Positions 1 through 8,770 are shown, counted from the stretch's first letter. The stretch is DNA of 64,000 nucleotides from Omnitrophica WOR_2 bacterium GWF2_43_52 (GCA_001805445.1 MHGF01000023.1:18859-82858), one strand, 5' to 3'. The notes: generated from the letters alone by a model not told the origin. Numbers and translations are program-made.

Positions 1-1
1 T

Positions 2-148
2 ATCCCGCGCGATTTTAAAAATGTGAGGGGATTCACTTTTCTCGATTGGCCTCCTCAGTTCGGCACCGACGCAGAGATAGCGGCCTGGAAGAAATATGTC
101 TCGGATAATCCGTATTACATTAAATATCCCGTGATTGATACCGATTGA
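2..148 (+). CDS. 3' end of an upstream CDS of unknown function; the open frame (…TDAEIAAWKKYVSDNPYYIKYPVIDTD*) enters from the window edge
   Basis: Frame is open from base 2 to a TGA at 146-148, followed by a hairpin at 185-213. I recognise no motif in the 49 visible residues. Confidence 0.3.
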   Translation: MPRDFKNVRGFTFLDWPPQFGTDAEIAAWKKYVSDNPYYIKYPVIDTD

Positions 149-233
149 TGTTATGAAGATAAGCAGCTTATTTTCAACAAAAAAGCCCTTTTCCCGTCAC
201 TAGGAAAAAGGGCATAAAGAGAATGTTATATTC

Positions 234-262
234 TTGAAAAAGGGCTTTTTTTGAGGTATACT
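234..262 (+). promoter_or_regulatory. sigma70-like promoter: TTGAAA (234-239), 17-bp spacer, TATACT (257-262)
   Basis: Near-consensus -35 and -10 hexamers with ideal 17-bp spacing. It sits upstream of a ~300-nt region that ends in a terminator at 534-570. Confidence 0.5.
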
Positions 263-533
263 TTAATTAGGAGGACAGTAAAGAGGCACAGAGCGAAACA
301 AGAAGAGGTTTTATGCTGGTAAAGGTTGGTTTTTGGTGAAAGCCAAGGACTCAAGCAAAGCCTCAGGCCTAAAGCTGAGTTAAGGAAAAGCCGTAGCGTT
401 AAGGATTTCCTCAAAAAGAAGAAAGTCCTTAAGGTTAATGAGGCATCTGATAGACAAGCCAAGGCTCGTGAGCTTTAAAAACGAAGAAGGTGATGGCAAA
501 GCGCGCCTTTATCGGCAGTAATGAGAAAAGAGA

Positions 534-570
534 AGAGCATCCGAGATTATTCGGGTGCTCTTTTGCTTTA
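534..570 (+). terminator. Rho-independent terminator: hairpin GAGCATCCGA/TCGGGTGCTC followed by TTTTGCTTT
   Basis: Imperfect 10-bp stem with a 5-nt loop, then a T-rich tract. Confidence 0.5.
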
Positions 571-614
571 GGTTACCGTTTTACCTATCAGACTGTGTTG
601 TAATAGCAAAATGT

Positions 615-754
615 GTGTCATTGCGAATCTCGCCTGCCGGCAGGCAGGCGGAGAAGCCAGCGGCCTTGCCCACGGCTTCGCCGTGAGGCGAGCCGCTAGG
701 CAGGCAATCTTAATCCTAAGATTACTTCGTCGCTGTCGCTCCCCGTAATGACAC
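615..754. repeat. MITE-like repeat, family A (copy A1): ends GTGTCATTGCGA … CGTAATGACAC with a GC-rich palindromic interior
   Basis: It shares terminal inverted repeats and a CTTCGTCGCTG(T/C)CGCTCC core with the copies at 17750-17827 and 44171-44248, and a related core with 8628-8770. The six-frame ORFs across it (for example 568-756 on the minus strand) are spurious. Confidence 0.6.
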
Positions 755-830
755 AATGAGGCATTACTACCCTGCCCGCAAAGGTAAATAATAACATTGT
801 GACACAGCCTGTATGCTATACTATAATGGT

Positions 831-1994
831 ATGAAAAAGAGGATTGTGAGAAGAGCTGGCTTTTTCGCGATTATTTTTGCCTTAATGGTTTTGATTGGTT
901 TTTTGGCCATGAAACCGTTCCTTATGTCTTTGGCTAAAGCAAAAATACGGGAGGTTTTTAGCGAAAGCTCTGTTGTTATCGGAGATTGCGAAGTTAGCTT
1001 TTCGCGGGGAGTAACGTTTTCCAGGATAGAAATTAAAAGAGGCCCGATATATGACGTTACTTTAAAAAGGCTCAACATTGAATATGCCATCTCAGAAATC
1101 CTGAAAGGCAAAATAGCAAGAGTTTCCCTGGAAGGCTTAGAAGCCTCACTTGATATGGGCAATAAGAACATCCAGGAATTTACGCGTTATTGTACCTTCC
1201 CGCAAGGCCAGCCATTTTTTATCATAGGGACAGTTGAAGTATCGGGCCTCAAGCTTAACCTAAAGAGTGCCAATGTAACCCTTGATGCAACTCTTTCTTT
1301 AGGAGTAAATGCCGAGCAGCCAGCCTTACGCTATCTTGATATAACGCTGGGACAATGTAAATCCGGAAATATTCGCCTAGAAGGTCTCAGGTTAAAGGTT
1401 GCAAGAGGCCAAACGTCAGGGCAGTTTTATGTGCGAGAGGCTATGTACGAGAAAATCAAAGTAACTACTATAACATCAAACATTGCCCTAACGGATACAA
1501 GATTGGTATTAGAGTCTTTGTCAGCGCAGATTTTAAACGGCACCATGCGGGCACAGGTAGTTCTGGAGTTAGATAAGGCGATGGCATATCGTATTGCTTT
1601 AGAGGTGCTGGATGTGGATTTGCAAAATTTGGCCAGAGACCTGAAGTTAACCGAAAAGTTCCTAATGACCGGAAAATTGAGCGGGCGCCTTAGGCTTGAA
1701 GGTGAAGGTTTAGCGATGAGTATTGTAGATGGTAAATTTCTAGTAGCGCAGCCGGGAGGCACGCTGATAATCAAGGATAAAAAAGTTATTGAGAATATCG
1801 CGCAAAGTTCCAAACTGCCCTATGAGATAGTAGTAGAAGGTTTTAAGAATTACCGCTATAATAACGGACAGCTATCATTAGCGTTACAAGGAAATGATAT
1901 AGTAGTATCCGCTCTTTTTGAAGGAGAGGCAGGCAAACGCCGATTTGATATCAGGTGGCATAATTTTCAACAGGAAAAGGAGAACAATCAATGA
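831..1994 (+). CDS. AsmA/YdbH-like membrane-anchored protein (N-terminal TM helix; DUF748/YdbH-like)
   Basis: N-terminal TM segment plus a beta-rich body. It sits immediately upstream of, and overlaps, a YnbE/YdbL-type gene, which is the conserved ydbH-ynbE-ydbL arrangement. Start chosen at MKKRIV (831); the ORF track starts at 813. Confidence 0.5.
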   Translation: MKKRIVRRAGFFAIIFALMVLIGFLAMKPFLMSLAKAKIREVFSESSVVIGDCEVSFSRGVTFSRIEIKRGPIYDVTLKRLNIEYAISEILKGKIARVSLEGLEASLDMGNKNIQEFTRYCTFPQGQPFFIIGTVEVSGLKLNLKSANVTLDATLSLGVNAEQPALRYLDITLGQCKSGNIRLEGLRLKVARGQTSGQFYVREAMYEKIKVTTITSNIALTDTRLVLESLSAQILNGTMRAQVVLELDKAMAYRIALEVLDVDLQNLARDLKLTEKFLMTGKLSGRLRLEGEGLAMSIVDGKFLVAQPGGTLIIKDKKVIENIAQSSKLPYEIVVEGFKNYRYNNGQLSLALQGNDIVVSALFEGEAGKRRFDIRWHNFQQEKENNQ

Positions 1995-2575
1995 GAATAA
2001 TTTTCTTCATAGGAATAGTGTTAATGGCAAACGTAGGATGCGCAAGGATAAAGGTTGAGGCGCCTAAAGAGCCGATTAAGATGGATATATCGATGCGTCT
2101 GGATATTTATCAGCACGTAGCCAAGGATATCGATGATATTGAAAATATGATTTCAGGGCCACAAAAGCAGGCAAAGCCTAACAATAGCCAAAGCAGAATC
2201 AGTGATTATTTTATTACCAATGCCTATGCCCAGGAATCCTTAAGCCCTGAGGTTGAGGCGGCGGTATCACGAAGAAAACAAAGGCGCTCTGACTTAATAA
2301 GTTGGGAGCAAAAAGGGGTAATTGGCGAGAATAGTATAGGGTTGGTTGCGGTAAGAGTTTCCGATAGTGTGGATGCCGCGTTAAAAGAGCTGGTGAGCGC
2401 TGAAAATAGCGACCGTATGGTTATTTATCAGTCAGTTGCACAGAAAAACAACGCGTCTATCGCAGAAGTTCAAAAGCCATACGCCAAACGCCTTCAGGAT
2501 GACGCGCCTGTTGGCACGCCTATTGAGGCATTGAATCAGGCAAACGGCTCCTACGAGTGGACAGTAAAGAAATAA
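1991..2575 (+). CDS. Lipoprotein fusing a YnbE-like N-terminus to a YdbL-like (DUF1318) C-terminus
   Basis: Lipobox VGC, then ARIKVEAPKEPIKMDISMRLDI, which matches the YnbE lipoprotein signature (C-x-P-R-I-E-V-A-A-P-K-E-P-I). The C-terminal half (SWEQKGVIGENSIGLV…ENSDRMVIYQSVA) matches the DUF1318/YdbL pattern (GxxGExxxG…ENxDRxxxYxxxA). Confidence 0.55.
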   Translation: MRIIFFIGIVLMANVGCARIKVEAPKEPIKMDISMRLDIYQHVAKDIDDIENMISGPQKQAKPNNSQSRISDYFITNAYAQESLSPEVEAAVSRRKQRRSDLISWEQKGVIGENSIGLVAVRVSDSVDAALKELVSAENSDRMVIYQSVAQKNNASIAEVQKPYAKRLQDDAPVGTPIEALNQANGSYEWTVKK

Positions 2576-2675
2576 CCAAACCGTTTGTCAAGGCGCAGCC
2601 TTGGAAAGTTATTATACATTTTAAGGCTGCGCCTTGATTTTCGTAGTGCATCCGTCTTTTGTCAAGGCCCTCTCA

Positions 2676-3211
2676 TGAGTTTTTTGGAATTAGTCAAGGC
2701 AAGAAGAAGCGTTCGAAAGTATGCTCGGAAGCCAATACCCCGGGAAGTTATAGACAAGTGCCTGGAAGCGGCGCGACTGGCGCCTTCAGCCTGCAATAGC
2801 CAGCCGTGGTATTTTATTGTGGTTGATGATGAGAAGCTTAAAAGCGAACTTACGGACAAGGCATTTGCCGGAATATATTCCATAAACTCCTTTGCTAAGA
2901 AGGCTCCGGTGATTGTGGCGGTGGTTACTGAACGCTCCAAATATATCGCCTGTGTAGGAGGGTATATTCGCGGCGTTGGGTATAGCCTTATTGACATTGG
3001 GATAGCCTGCGAGCATTTTATTCTGCAGGCGCAGGAAGAGGGTTTGGGAACATGCTGGTTAGGATGGTTTGATGAAAAGCAGGTAAAGAGAATATTAGGT
3101 ATTCCCAAAGATAAAAAGGTTGATGTGATGATAAGTGCTGGGTATCCGGAAGGGCCGCCTGCGCGTGAAAAAACGCGAAAATCTTTGAATGAAATCCGTA
3201 GGTTTTGTTAA
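2676..3211 (+). CDS. Nitroreductase-family flavoprotein
   Basis: LVKARRSVRKY…CNSQPW…GWF are typical NAD(P)H nitroreductase motifs. The ORF track starts at 2585; the likely start is MSFLEL. Confidence 0.75.
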
Positions 3212-3245
3212 ACCACTTGAACTTAGTGGGTTAAACCTCTTCTTT

Positions 3246-3635
3246 TTACGGGCCGATGATATTCCGGGCTAAAATAGACAAAATCACCGTTTCCAGTTTT
3301 TCAAAGTCACAGAGCTTATTAATATAATCGCAGGCCCCTGATTTTTTTGCCTCTTTTCTCAAATCCACGTCTTCCATAGCGCTTAACATCACCACTTTTA
3401 TTGAACTGTCCATCTCTTTAATCTTCTTTAAAGTTGTCAAGCCGTTTGTTCCCGGCATACGTTCATCAAGAAGCACCAGTACCGGTTTCTCTTGTTTTAT
3501 CTCTGATAATGCCTGATGGGCATTGGCGGCGCACCTTACGTTAAAACCCTTCATCCCCAGGAGGGCAGCCAATGTTTCTCTTGTCTCCTCGGTATCATCA
3601 ACCACTAAAATACTACCCTTGTCCTTATAGTTGCT
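3246..3635 (-). CDS. Single-domain response regulator (CheY-like receiver)
   Basis: ILVVDD…LLDERMPG…K motifs give the phospho-acceptor Asp and conserved Lys. It is divergent from the Amt-histidine-kinase gene. The ORF track extends to 3677. Confidence 0.8.
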   Translation of the reverse strand, partial: SNYKDKGSILVVDDTEETRETLAALLGMKGFNVRCAANAHQALSEIKQEKPVLVLLDERMPGTNGLTTLKKIKEMDSSIKVVMLSAMEDVDLRKEAKKSGACDYINKLCDFEKLETVILSILARNIIGP

Positions 3636-3880
3636 CATTTGTTCTGCCCTTTCTTTATCCCCATATAAAGTATACACAAATTATTTGACATTGCCAAGTA
3701 TAAGATTTATAATTAGTTACTACAGTTCCGACGAAGCCGGGATCCCTGCAGGGCCGGGAAAAAAGTGGCAGCTCGCGGGGGATTTTAAAGAGTAACAGAG
3801 GCCCCGCTTATCAGGCGGGGTTTGGAATTAGTTATTGCTGAAAAACCCCTGTTTTTTCAGCGGTAACTAATTAAAAACTA

Positions 3881-6025
3881 ATGGTTGAGCAGAAACTTAT
3901 TGACACTCTTTGGATTCTCATTTGTTCTGTGCTGGTTTTTATCATGCAGCCCGGCTTTTCCTGCCTTGAGTCAGGCCTTACCCGCGCCAAGAACACCATT
4001 AATGTTGCCATAAAGAATCTCACCGACTTTGGGATATCCTCAATCTTGTTCTGGGCCTTAGGTTTCGGCTTGATGTTTGGCGAAAGCCGCGGCGGGCTTA
4101 TCGGCACAAGTCATTTCTTCTTATCTCTTGACAGGCACAGCTGGTTTATCGCCTTTTTTCTTTTTGAATTGGTATTCTGCGGGACAGCTACTACAATTAT
4201 TTCGGGCGCGGTCGCGGAACGGATGCGCTTCCGGGCTTACCTTGTAATTGCCGCGATAGTTTCCTGTTTAATCTATCCGGTCTTTGGCCATTGGGTATGG
4301 AACGGCCTTGAAAGTAACGCCTACAGCGGCTGGTTGGGAAAATTAGGGTTCCGGGATTTTGCCGGCTCAACGGTAGTGCATAGCCTTGCCGGATGGGTTT
4401 CCTTATCAGCATTGGTTCTTATCGGCCCTCGCGAAGGCAGGTTTACCAAAAACGCGCCGCCGCGAAAAATCTCCGGCCACGATATCCCGATCTCGGTTTT
4501 GGGGGTATTTTTGCTTTGGTTGGGATGGTTAGGTTTCAACGGCGGAAGCACCTTAGCGATGAACGATGCGGTTTCCCGTATTATCACCAATACCATCCTG
4601 GCAGGGGCCAGTGGAATGGTTACCACCCTGGCTATCGGCTGGAGCATAAAGAGGCTGCCTCATATAGAATTTGTAATAAACGGCTCGCTTGCCGGCTGTG
4701 TAGCTATTACTGCCTCCTGCTATTTTGTAGGCGCGGCCGCGAGTGTGGTAATCGGGGCCATTGGCGGCATAGCTATGCTTATTACTGAGGAGCTGTTAGA
4801 GCGCCTTCGTATTGATGACGCGGTAGGGGCCATACCCGTGCATTTAGGCGCGGGGGTTTGGGGGACCTTGGCAGTAGCGGTGTTTGGCAATCCCGCCCTT
4901 ATCAATACCGGCCTTAGCCCGCTCCAACAATTATCCGCGCAAGGCTTAGGCATAGCGGTATGCGGGCTTTGGGCATTCGGGATAAGTTTCGTCGCGTTTT
5001 ATATCCTTAATCGTTTCGTTCGCCTTAGAGTTAGCCCGGAAGAAGAATATTCCGGGCTCAATATCTCTGAACACGGCTCAAGCACAGAACTTCTGGATTT
5101 TTTCAGGGTAATGGAAAGGCAGATTGAGACAGGCGATTTAAGCTTACGAGCGCCTGTTGAGCCATTTACTGAGGTTGGCCAGATTGCCCAGCGTTACAAC
5201 AGCCTCATAGAGGCATTGGAGAATGCCTCCCGGGAATTAAAAGACGCGTACTTGAAGCTGCGCCAGAGCCAAAGCCAGCTTATTCAATCCGCGAAGATGG
5301 CCGCGGTAGGACAGCTCTCAAGCGGCATCGCGCATGAAATAAACAATCCCTTAGCCGGGGCATTGAATACCCTGCAACTACTTAAAATGCAAGTAGAGCA
5401 GGCAAAAGATTTAAAGACTACTGACGTAAAAAAGCTGTTAAACACCGCTGAAGAATCCCTCTCGCGATGCAGGAAGATAACCACCTCTTTATTAAGTTTT
5501 TCCCGGGCATCAAAAGAATTGTTTCAACCCGTTTCTGTGAATGACGCGGTACAGAAAATTTTAGATATCATAGAATATGAGATACGGTTAGACAATATCG
5601 CTATCCAACCCCGGCTTCAGCCGGATTTGCCGTTGGTTATGGGGGATTCCCAGTTTCTTCAGCAGGTAATCTTTGACCTTGTTTCTAATGCCAGATGGGC
5701 GTTCTTGCATAGAACGCCGTCAGAAAATCAGGTAAGGGTAATCACGATAACCAGCAGTTACGATAGGCAAAACCAAAATGTTATTCTCACTGTTTCGGAC
5801 ACAGGCCCGGGCATTCCTGAAGAAAACCTCGCGAAAATATTTGAGCCATTTTTTACTACTAAGCCTGAGGGCGAGGGAACGGGCTTAGGGCTGTCCATTG
5901 TTGCCCATATTATTGAAGAGCATCAAGGAACAATTGAAGTACAAAGCCGGCTCAACCAAGGAACAACCTTTACGATATCCCTGCCTATAATTCCTTCGGG
6001 AAAACCAGGCGCTGTTTCTCCGTAA
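3881..6025 (+). CDS. Ammonium transporter (Amt/MEP, ~400 aa, 11 TM helices) fused to a C-terminal HisKA + HATPase_c histidine kinase
   Basis: Amt signatures are present (FGxxxGxxxFWxxGFGLMFG, the twin-His region, …GAIAERM-like AVAERMRF). The C-terminus has an H-box (SSGIAHEINNPL) plus N, G1 and G2 boxes (DTGPGIPEE, GTGLGLSIV). Confidence 0.85.
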   Translation: MVEQKLIDTLWILICSVLVFIMQPGFSCLESGLTRAKNTINVAIKNLTDFGISSILFWALGFGLMFGESRGGLIGTSHFFLSLDRHSWFIAFFLFELVFCGTATTIISGAVAERMRFRAYLVIAAIVSCLIYPVFGHWVWNGLESNAYSGWLGKLGFRDFAGSTVVHSLAGWVSLSALVLIGPREGRFTKNAPPRKISGHDIPISVLGVFLLWLGWLGFNGGSTLAMNDAVSRIITNTILAGASGMVTTLAIGWSIKRLPHIEFVINGSLAGCVAITASCYFVGAAASVVIGAIGGIAMLITEELLERLRIDDAVGAIPVHLGAGVWGTLAVAVFGNPALINTGLSPLQQLSAQGLGIAVCGLWAFGISFVAFYILNRFVRLRVSPEEEYSGLNISEHGSSTELLDFFRVMERQIETGDLSLRAPVEPFTEVGQIAQRYNSLIEALENASRELKDAYLKLRQSQSQLIQSAKMAAVGQLSSGIAHEINNPLAGALNTLQLLKMQVEQAKDLKTTDVKKLLNTAEESLSRCRKITTSLLSFSRASKELFQPVSVNDAVQKILDIIEYEIRLDNIAIQPRLQPDLPLVMGDSQFLQQVIFDLVSNARWAFLHRTPSENQVRVITITSSYDRQNQNVILTVSDTGPGIPEENLAKIFEPFFTTKPEGEGTGLGLSIVAHIIEEHQGTIEVQSRLNQGTTFTISLPIIPSGKPGAVSP

Positions 6026-6093
6026 TTACAATTATACGAGTGCACTATAAAGTTAGTTTTTATACGTTATAGACAATGCATTAAGTGGGGGTG

Positions 6094-6126
6094 CCCCGCC
6101 TGATAGGCTAAGCAGGCGGGTTTATT
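6094..6126 (+). terminator. Rho-independent terminator after the Amt-histidine-kinase gene
   Basis: Hairpin CCCGCCTGATAGGCTAAGCAGGCGGG followed by TTTATT. Confidence 0.6.
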
Positions 6127-6138
6127 GTCAGTTATCAA

Positions 6139-6166
6139 TTGCAAAGTTTTCTTTGTCTGTTATAAT
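6139..6166 (+). promoter_or_regulatory. sigma70-like promoter TTGCAA, 16-bp spacer, TATAAT, upstream of htpX
   Basis: Consensus -10 and a good -35 about 25 nt upstream of the RBS GAGGAGG. Confidence 0.5.
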
Positions 6167-6191
6167 AGTAAAAAAATAAGAGGAGGAAGGT

Positions 6192-7214
6192 ATGATGTCA
6201 TTAGCGGGGTTACAATTCAGGATGTGGCTTTTGATTGCTGTATTATTCAGCATAATTTATGGGGTGGTGGTAACTGTAGGGTATTCTTTAGGGATAGTCA
6301 ATTCTTGGGTATACCTTTTTCTTTCGCTTGCGATGCTTTTTATCCAATATATGATTGGCCCAAAGATTATTGAATGGAGTATGCGCGTTAAATATGTTAC
6401 TAAGTCAGAACAGCCTCAGCTTTATGCTATGGTAAGTGAGTTAGCTGCCGCGTCAAAAATACCCATGCCGAAAGTCGGGATTGCGGATGCCGCGATTCCT
6501 AATGCCTTTGCCTTTGGCCGTTGGAAGGCTGACGGCAGGGTGTGCGTGACCAGGGGCATTATGAATTTACTCAGTGAGGATGAATTGCGAGCGGTCCTGG
6601 CCCATGAGGTATCGCACCTTAAGAATAAAGATGTGCTTACCATTACGCTTCTTTCGGTAATACCGCTTATTCTTTACCGGATTGCCATAAGCACGCTTTA
6701 TTATGGAGGAGGCCGCAGGCGCGAAGAAGGCAATAACGCGGCATTGATTGGGATGGCGGCAATGCTCTTTTATTTTATCACTAACCTTTTAGTGCTTTAT
6801 GCCTCAAGGATTAGGGAGTATTTTGCCGATAGGGGGGCGGTTTCTTTAGGGTGCGCGCCCAAGAATTTGGCGTCTGCTTTGTATAAATTAGTTTACGGCT
6901 CAGCACGGCTGGACAACGCGAGTTTAAAGGAAGTTGAAGGGCTTAAGGCATTTTTTGCCAATGACCCATCGCGGGCCTTAAATGAAATTAAGGAATTACG
7001 CCAGCTGGATTTGGATAAGTCAGGGACTCTTGACGCAAGCGAGTTAGCCGCCTTAAGCAGTAAAAAATTGAATATTGGTTTCGCTGAAAGGCTTTTAGAA
7101 ATAATGAGCACGCATCCGAACATGTTGAAGCGAATTAAGCAATTATCCTCTTATAGCGCATACAAAGAAGATAAGAAACAAGCCCGCGGCTATGAAAGAA
7201 TCAATCGTTCTTAA
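6192..7214 (+). CDS. htpX: HtpX-family M48 zinc metalloprotease with an inserted EF-hand-like loop
   Basis: N-terminal TM helices, HEVSHLKNKD (HExxH), and the C-terminal STHPNMLKRI motif. The DLDKSGTLDASE loop matches the canonical 12-residue EF-hand consensus. Confidence 0.8.
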   Translation: MMSLAGLQFRMWLLIAVLFSIIYGVVVTVGYSLGIVNSWVYLFLSLAMLFIQYMIGPKIIEWSMRVKYVTKSEQPQLYAMVSELAAASKIPMPKVGIADAAIPNAFAFGRWKADGRVCVTRGIMNLLSEDELRAVLAHEVSHLKNKDVLTITLLSVIPLILYRIAISTLYYGGGRRREEGNNAALIGMAAMLFYFITNLLVLYASRIREYFADRGAVSLGCAPKNLASALYKLVYGSARLDNASLKEVEGLKAFFANDPSRALNEIKELRQLDLDKSGTLDASELAALSSKKLNIGFAERLLEIMSTHPNMLKRIKQLSSYSAYKEDKKQARGYERINRS

Positions 7215-7265
7215 TCGGTGATGGCGAAAGAGTAGTTTTAAAACGGATTAAGCAGTTAGCTACGT

Positions 7266-7350
7266 ATAAATAGAGTGTTTGGGTGAGCGGGTTAGCCGGT
7301 GAGCGGGTTTACAAGTCAACCCGTACACCCGTTAACCCGCAAACTCGTTA
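7266..7350. repeat. Structured repeat upstream of trpB: GTGAGCGGGTT x2 followed by AACCCG x3 complements
   Basis: Seen directly in the sequence. I recognise no Trp leader peptide or T-box. Confidence 0.3.
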
Positions 7351-7368
7351 ACCGACATTGGATTTTTT

Positions 7369-8559
7369 ATGACGCTTCCAGATAAAACAGGCCATTTTGA
7401 CGGTTTTGGGGGTAAGTTCGTCCCCGAAGTGCTGATGTCCGCGCTTTCTGAGCTTGAGAAAGAATACCAGAAAGCGAAGAAGGATAAGGCATTTAGGAAA
7501 GAACTGGAGTATTACCTTTCCTGTTATTGTGGAAGGCCTACCTCGCTTTACCCTGCCCGTAATCTCACCAAGGCATTAGGAGAAAAGCTCAAAATTTATC
7601 TTAAGCGAGAAGACCTTTTGCATACCGGGGCGCACAAGATTAATAACACCATAGGCCAGGCTTTGCTTGCGATACGGATGAAGAAGCCCCGGGTGATTGC
7701 TGAGACAGGCGCGGGCCAGCATGGTGTGGCAACCGCAACTGTGGCAGCGCTTTTTGGCTTAGAGTGCGATATTTTTATGGGCGAGGAAGATATCGTGCGC
7801 CAGGAATTGAATGTCTTTCGGATGAAACTTCTGGGCGCGAGAGTTATTCCTGTTGCCTCGGGAAGCAGAACGTTAAAAGACGCGATGAATGAGGCAATAC
7901 GCGATTGGGCGACCAATGTGCGTAATACGCATTACATTATAGGCTCAGTGGCCGGGCCGCATCCGTATCCTGTGATGGTGCGGGATTTTCAATCCATAAT
8001 CGGTAAAGAGGCAAAACAACAGATTCTGGGAATGGAAGGGCGTCTGCCGGATTATCTGGTTGCCTGTGTGGGCGGCGGCAGCAACGCCATGGGGTTGTTT
8101 CATTCCTTCTTTAAAGATAGGCAAGTGCAATTTATCGGAGTGGAGGCAGCGGGCTTGGGATTGCATACTTCGCATTATGCGGCGACTTTAACCAAAGGAA
8201 GAGTGGGAGTGCTGCATGGCTCAAAAAGCAAGGTGCTTCAGGATAAAGACGGACAGATTGCCATAGCCCATTCTATTGCCGCGGGGCTTGATTATCCGGG
8301 TGTTGGCCCGGAACACAGTTATTATCAGAAAATAAAGCGCTCGCGCTACGTAAGCGTTACGGATACTCAGGCCTTGGAAGGCTTGAAGCTGCTTTCTGAA
8401 ACAGAAGGCATTATCCCCGCGCTTGAAACAGCGCACGCGGTATATTATCTTAAAGAATTAGCCAAGAAGATAAAATCAAAGAAGGTTGCCATACTTTGCC
8501 TCTCTGGCAGAGGGGATAAGGATATCGGCATAATCAGACAGCATATTAAATTTGGATAA
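7369..8559 (+). CDS. trpB: Tryptophan synthase beta chain
   Basis: [16 protein letters not shown]-terminus, the PLP-lysine region [11 protein letters not shown], and GGGSNAMG. Confidence 0.95.
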   Translation: MTLPDKTGHFDGFGGKFVPEVLMSALSELEKEYQKAKKDKAFRKELEYYLSCYCGRPTSLYPARNLTKALGEKLKIYLKREDLLHTGAHKINNTIGQALLAIRMKKPRVIAETGAGQHGVATATVAALFGLECDIFMGEEDIVRQELNVFRMKLLGARVIPVASGSRTLKDAMNEAIRDWATNVRNTHYIIGSVAGPHPYPVMVRDFQSIIGKEAKQQILGMEGRLPDYLVACVGGGSNAMGLFHSFFKDRQVQFIGVEAAGLGLHTSHYAATLTKGRVGVLHGSKSKVLQDKDGQIAIAHSIAAGLDYPGVGPEHSYYQKIKRSRYVSVTDTQALEGLKLLSETEGIIPALETAHAVYYLKELAKKIKSKKVAILCLSGRGDKDIGIIRQHIKFG

Positions 8560-8627
8560 AAAACTTCGTTGTTACATTCTATCCACGAGTAGTTTTTTAA
8601 TTTAGGTAACAAAAGACGGCGGAGGTT

Positions 8628-8770
8628 CTGTCAAGGTAATGTTTTCGCGGGGACGTTCGTCCGCCATAGGCGGACTCACTCGGCGTAAATTTTTGCGCTC
8701 CTCGCTGTCGCTCGGAGACCAAGCCGCAAAAATTTCCGTACGTGCTGCTCAAACATAACCTTGCCACCCC
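8628..8770. repeat. MITE-like repeat (family D, related to A) in the trpB-trpA spacer
   Basis: Terminal inverted repeats GTCAAGGTAATG / CATAACCTTGCC, internal palindromes, and the shared core CTCGCTGTCGCTCGGAG. The minus-strand ORF 8597-8800 is spurious. Confidence 0.5.

Noticed and set aside
326-478. 50-codon TTG-start lysine-rich ORF, a possible small ribosomal-type protein
   Set aside because: No match I can recognise to bS21, bL35, bL34 or bS20 patterns. It has a weak RBS. It is kept only as a possibility inside the small-transcript finding.
568-756. 62-aa minus-strand ORF (and similar ORFs 8597-8800 minus, 17753-17944 minus, 27411-27677 plus)
   Set aside because: They lie entirely within MITE-like repeats or structured elements. 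Their amino-acid sequences are produced by GC-rich palindromes. They have no RBS and cannot be conserved as proteins given the copy divergence pattern.
3780-3860. sigma54 promoter (GG-N10-GC) upstream of the Amt-histidine-kinase gene or the pilin gene
   Set aside because: The candidate sites (TTGGAATTAGTTATTGCT; AGGCAACAGCTTCTGT) have wrong spacing or wrong -12 element.
4197-4953. Overlapping ORFs inside the Amt-histidine-kinase gene (4197-4412 minus, 4321-4647 minus, 4393-4788 plus, 4720-4953 minus), and similar antisense ORFs within pnp, ftsK, the giant GGDEF gene and others
   Set aside because: They are antisense or frame-shifted to strongly supported genes with clear domain signatures. 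They have low-complexity composition and no RBS.
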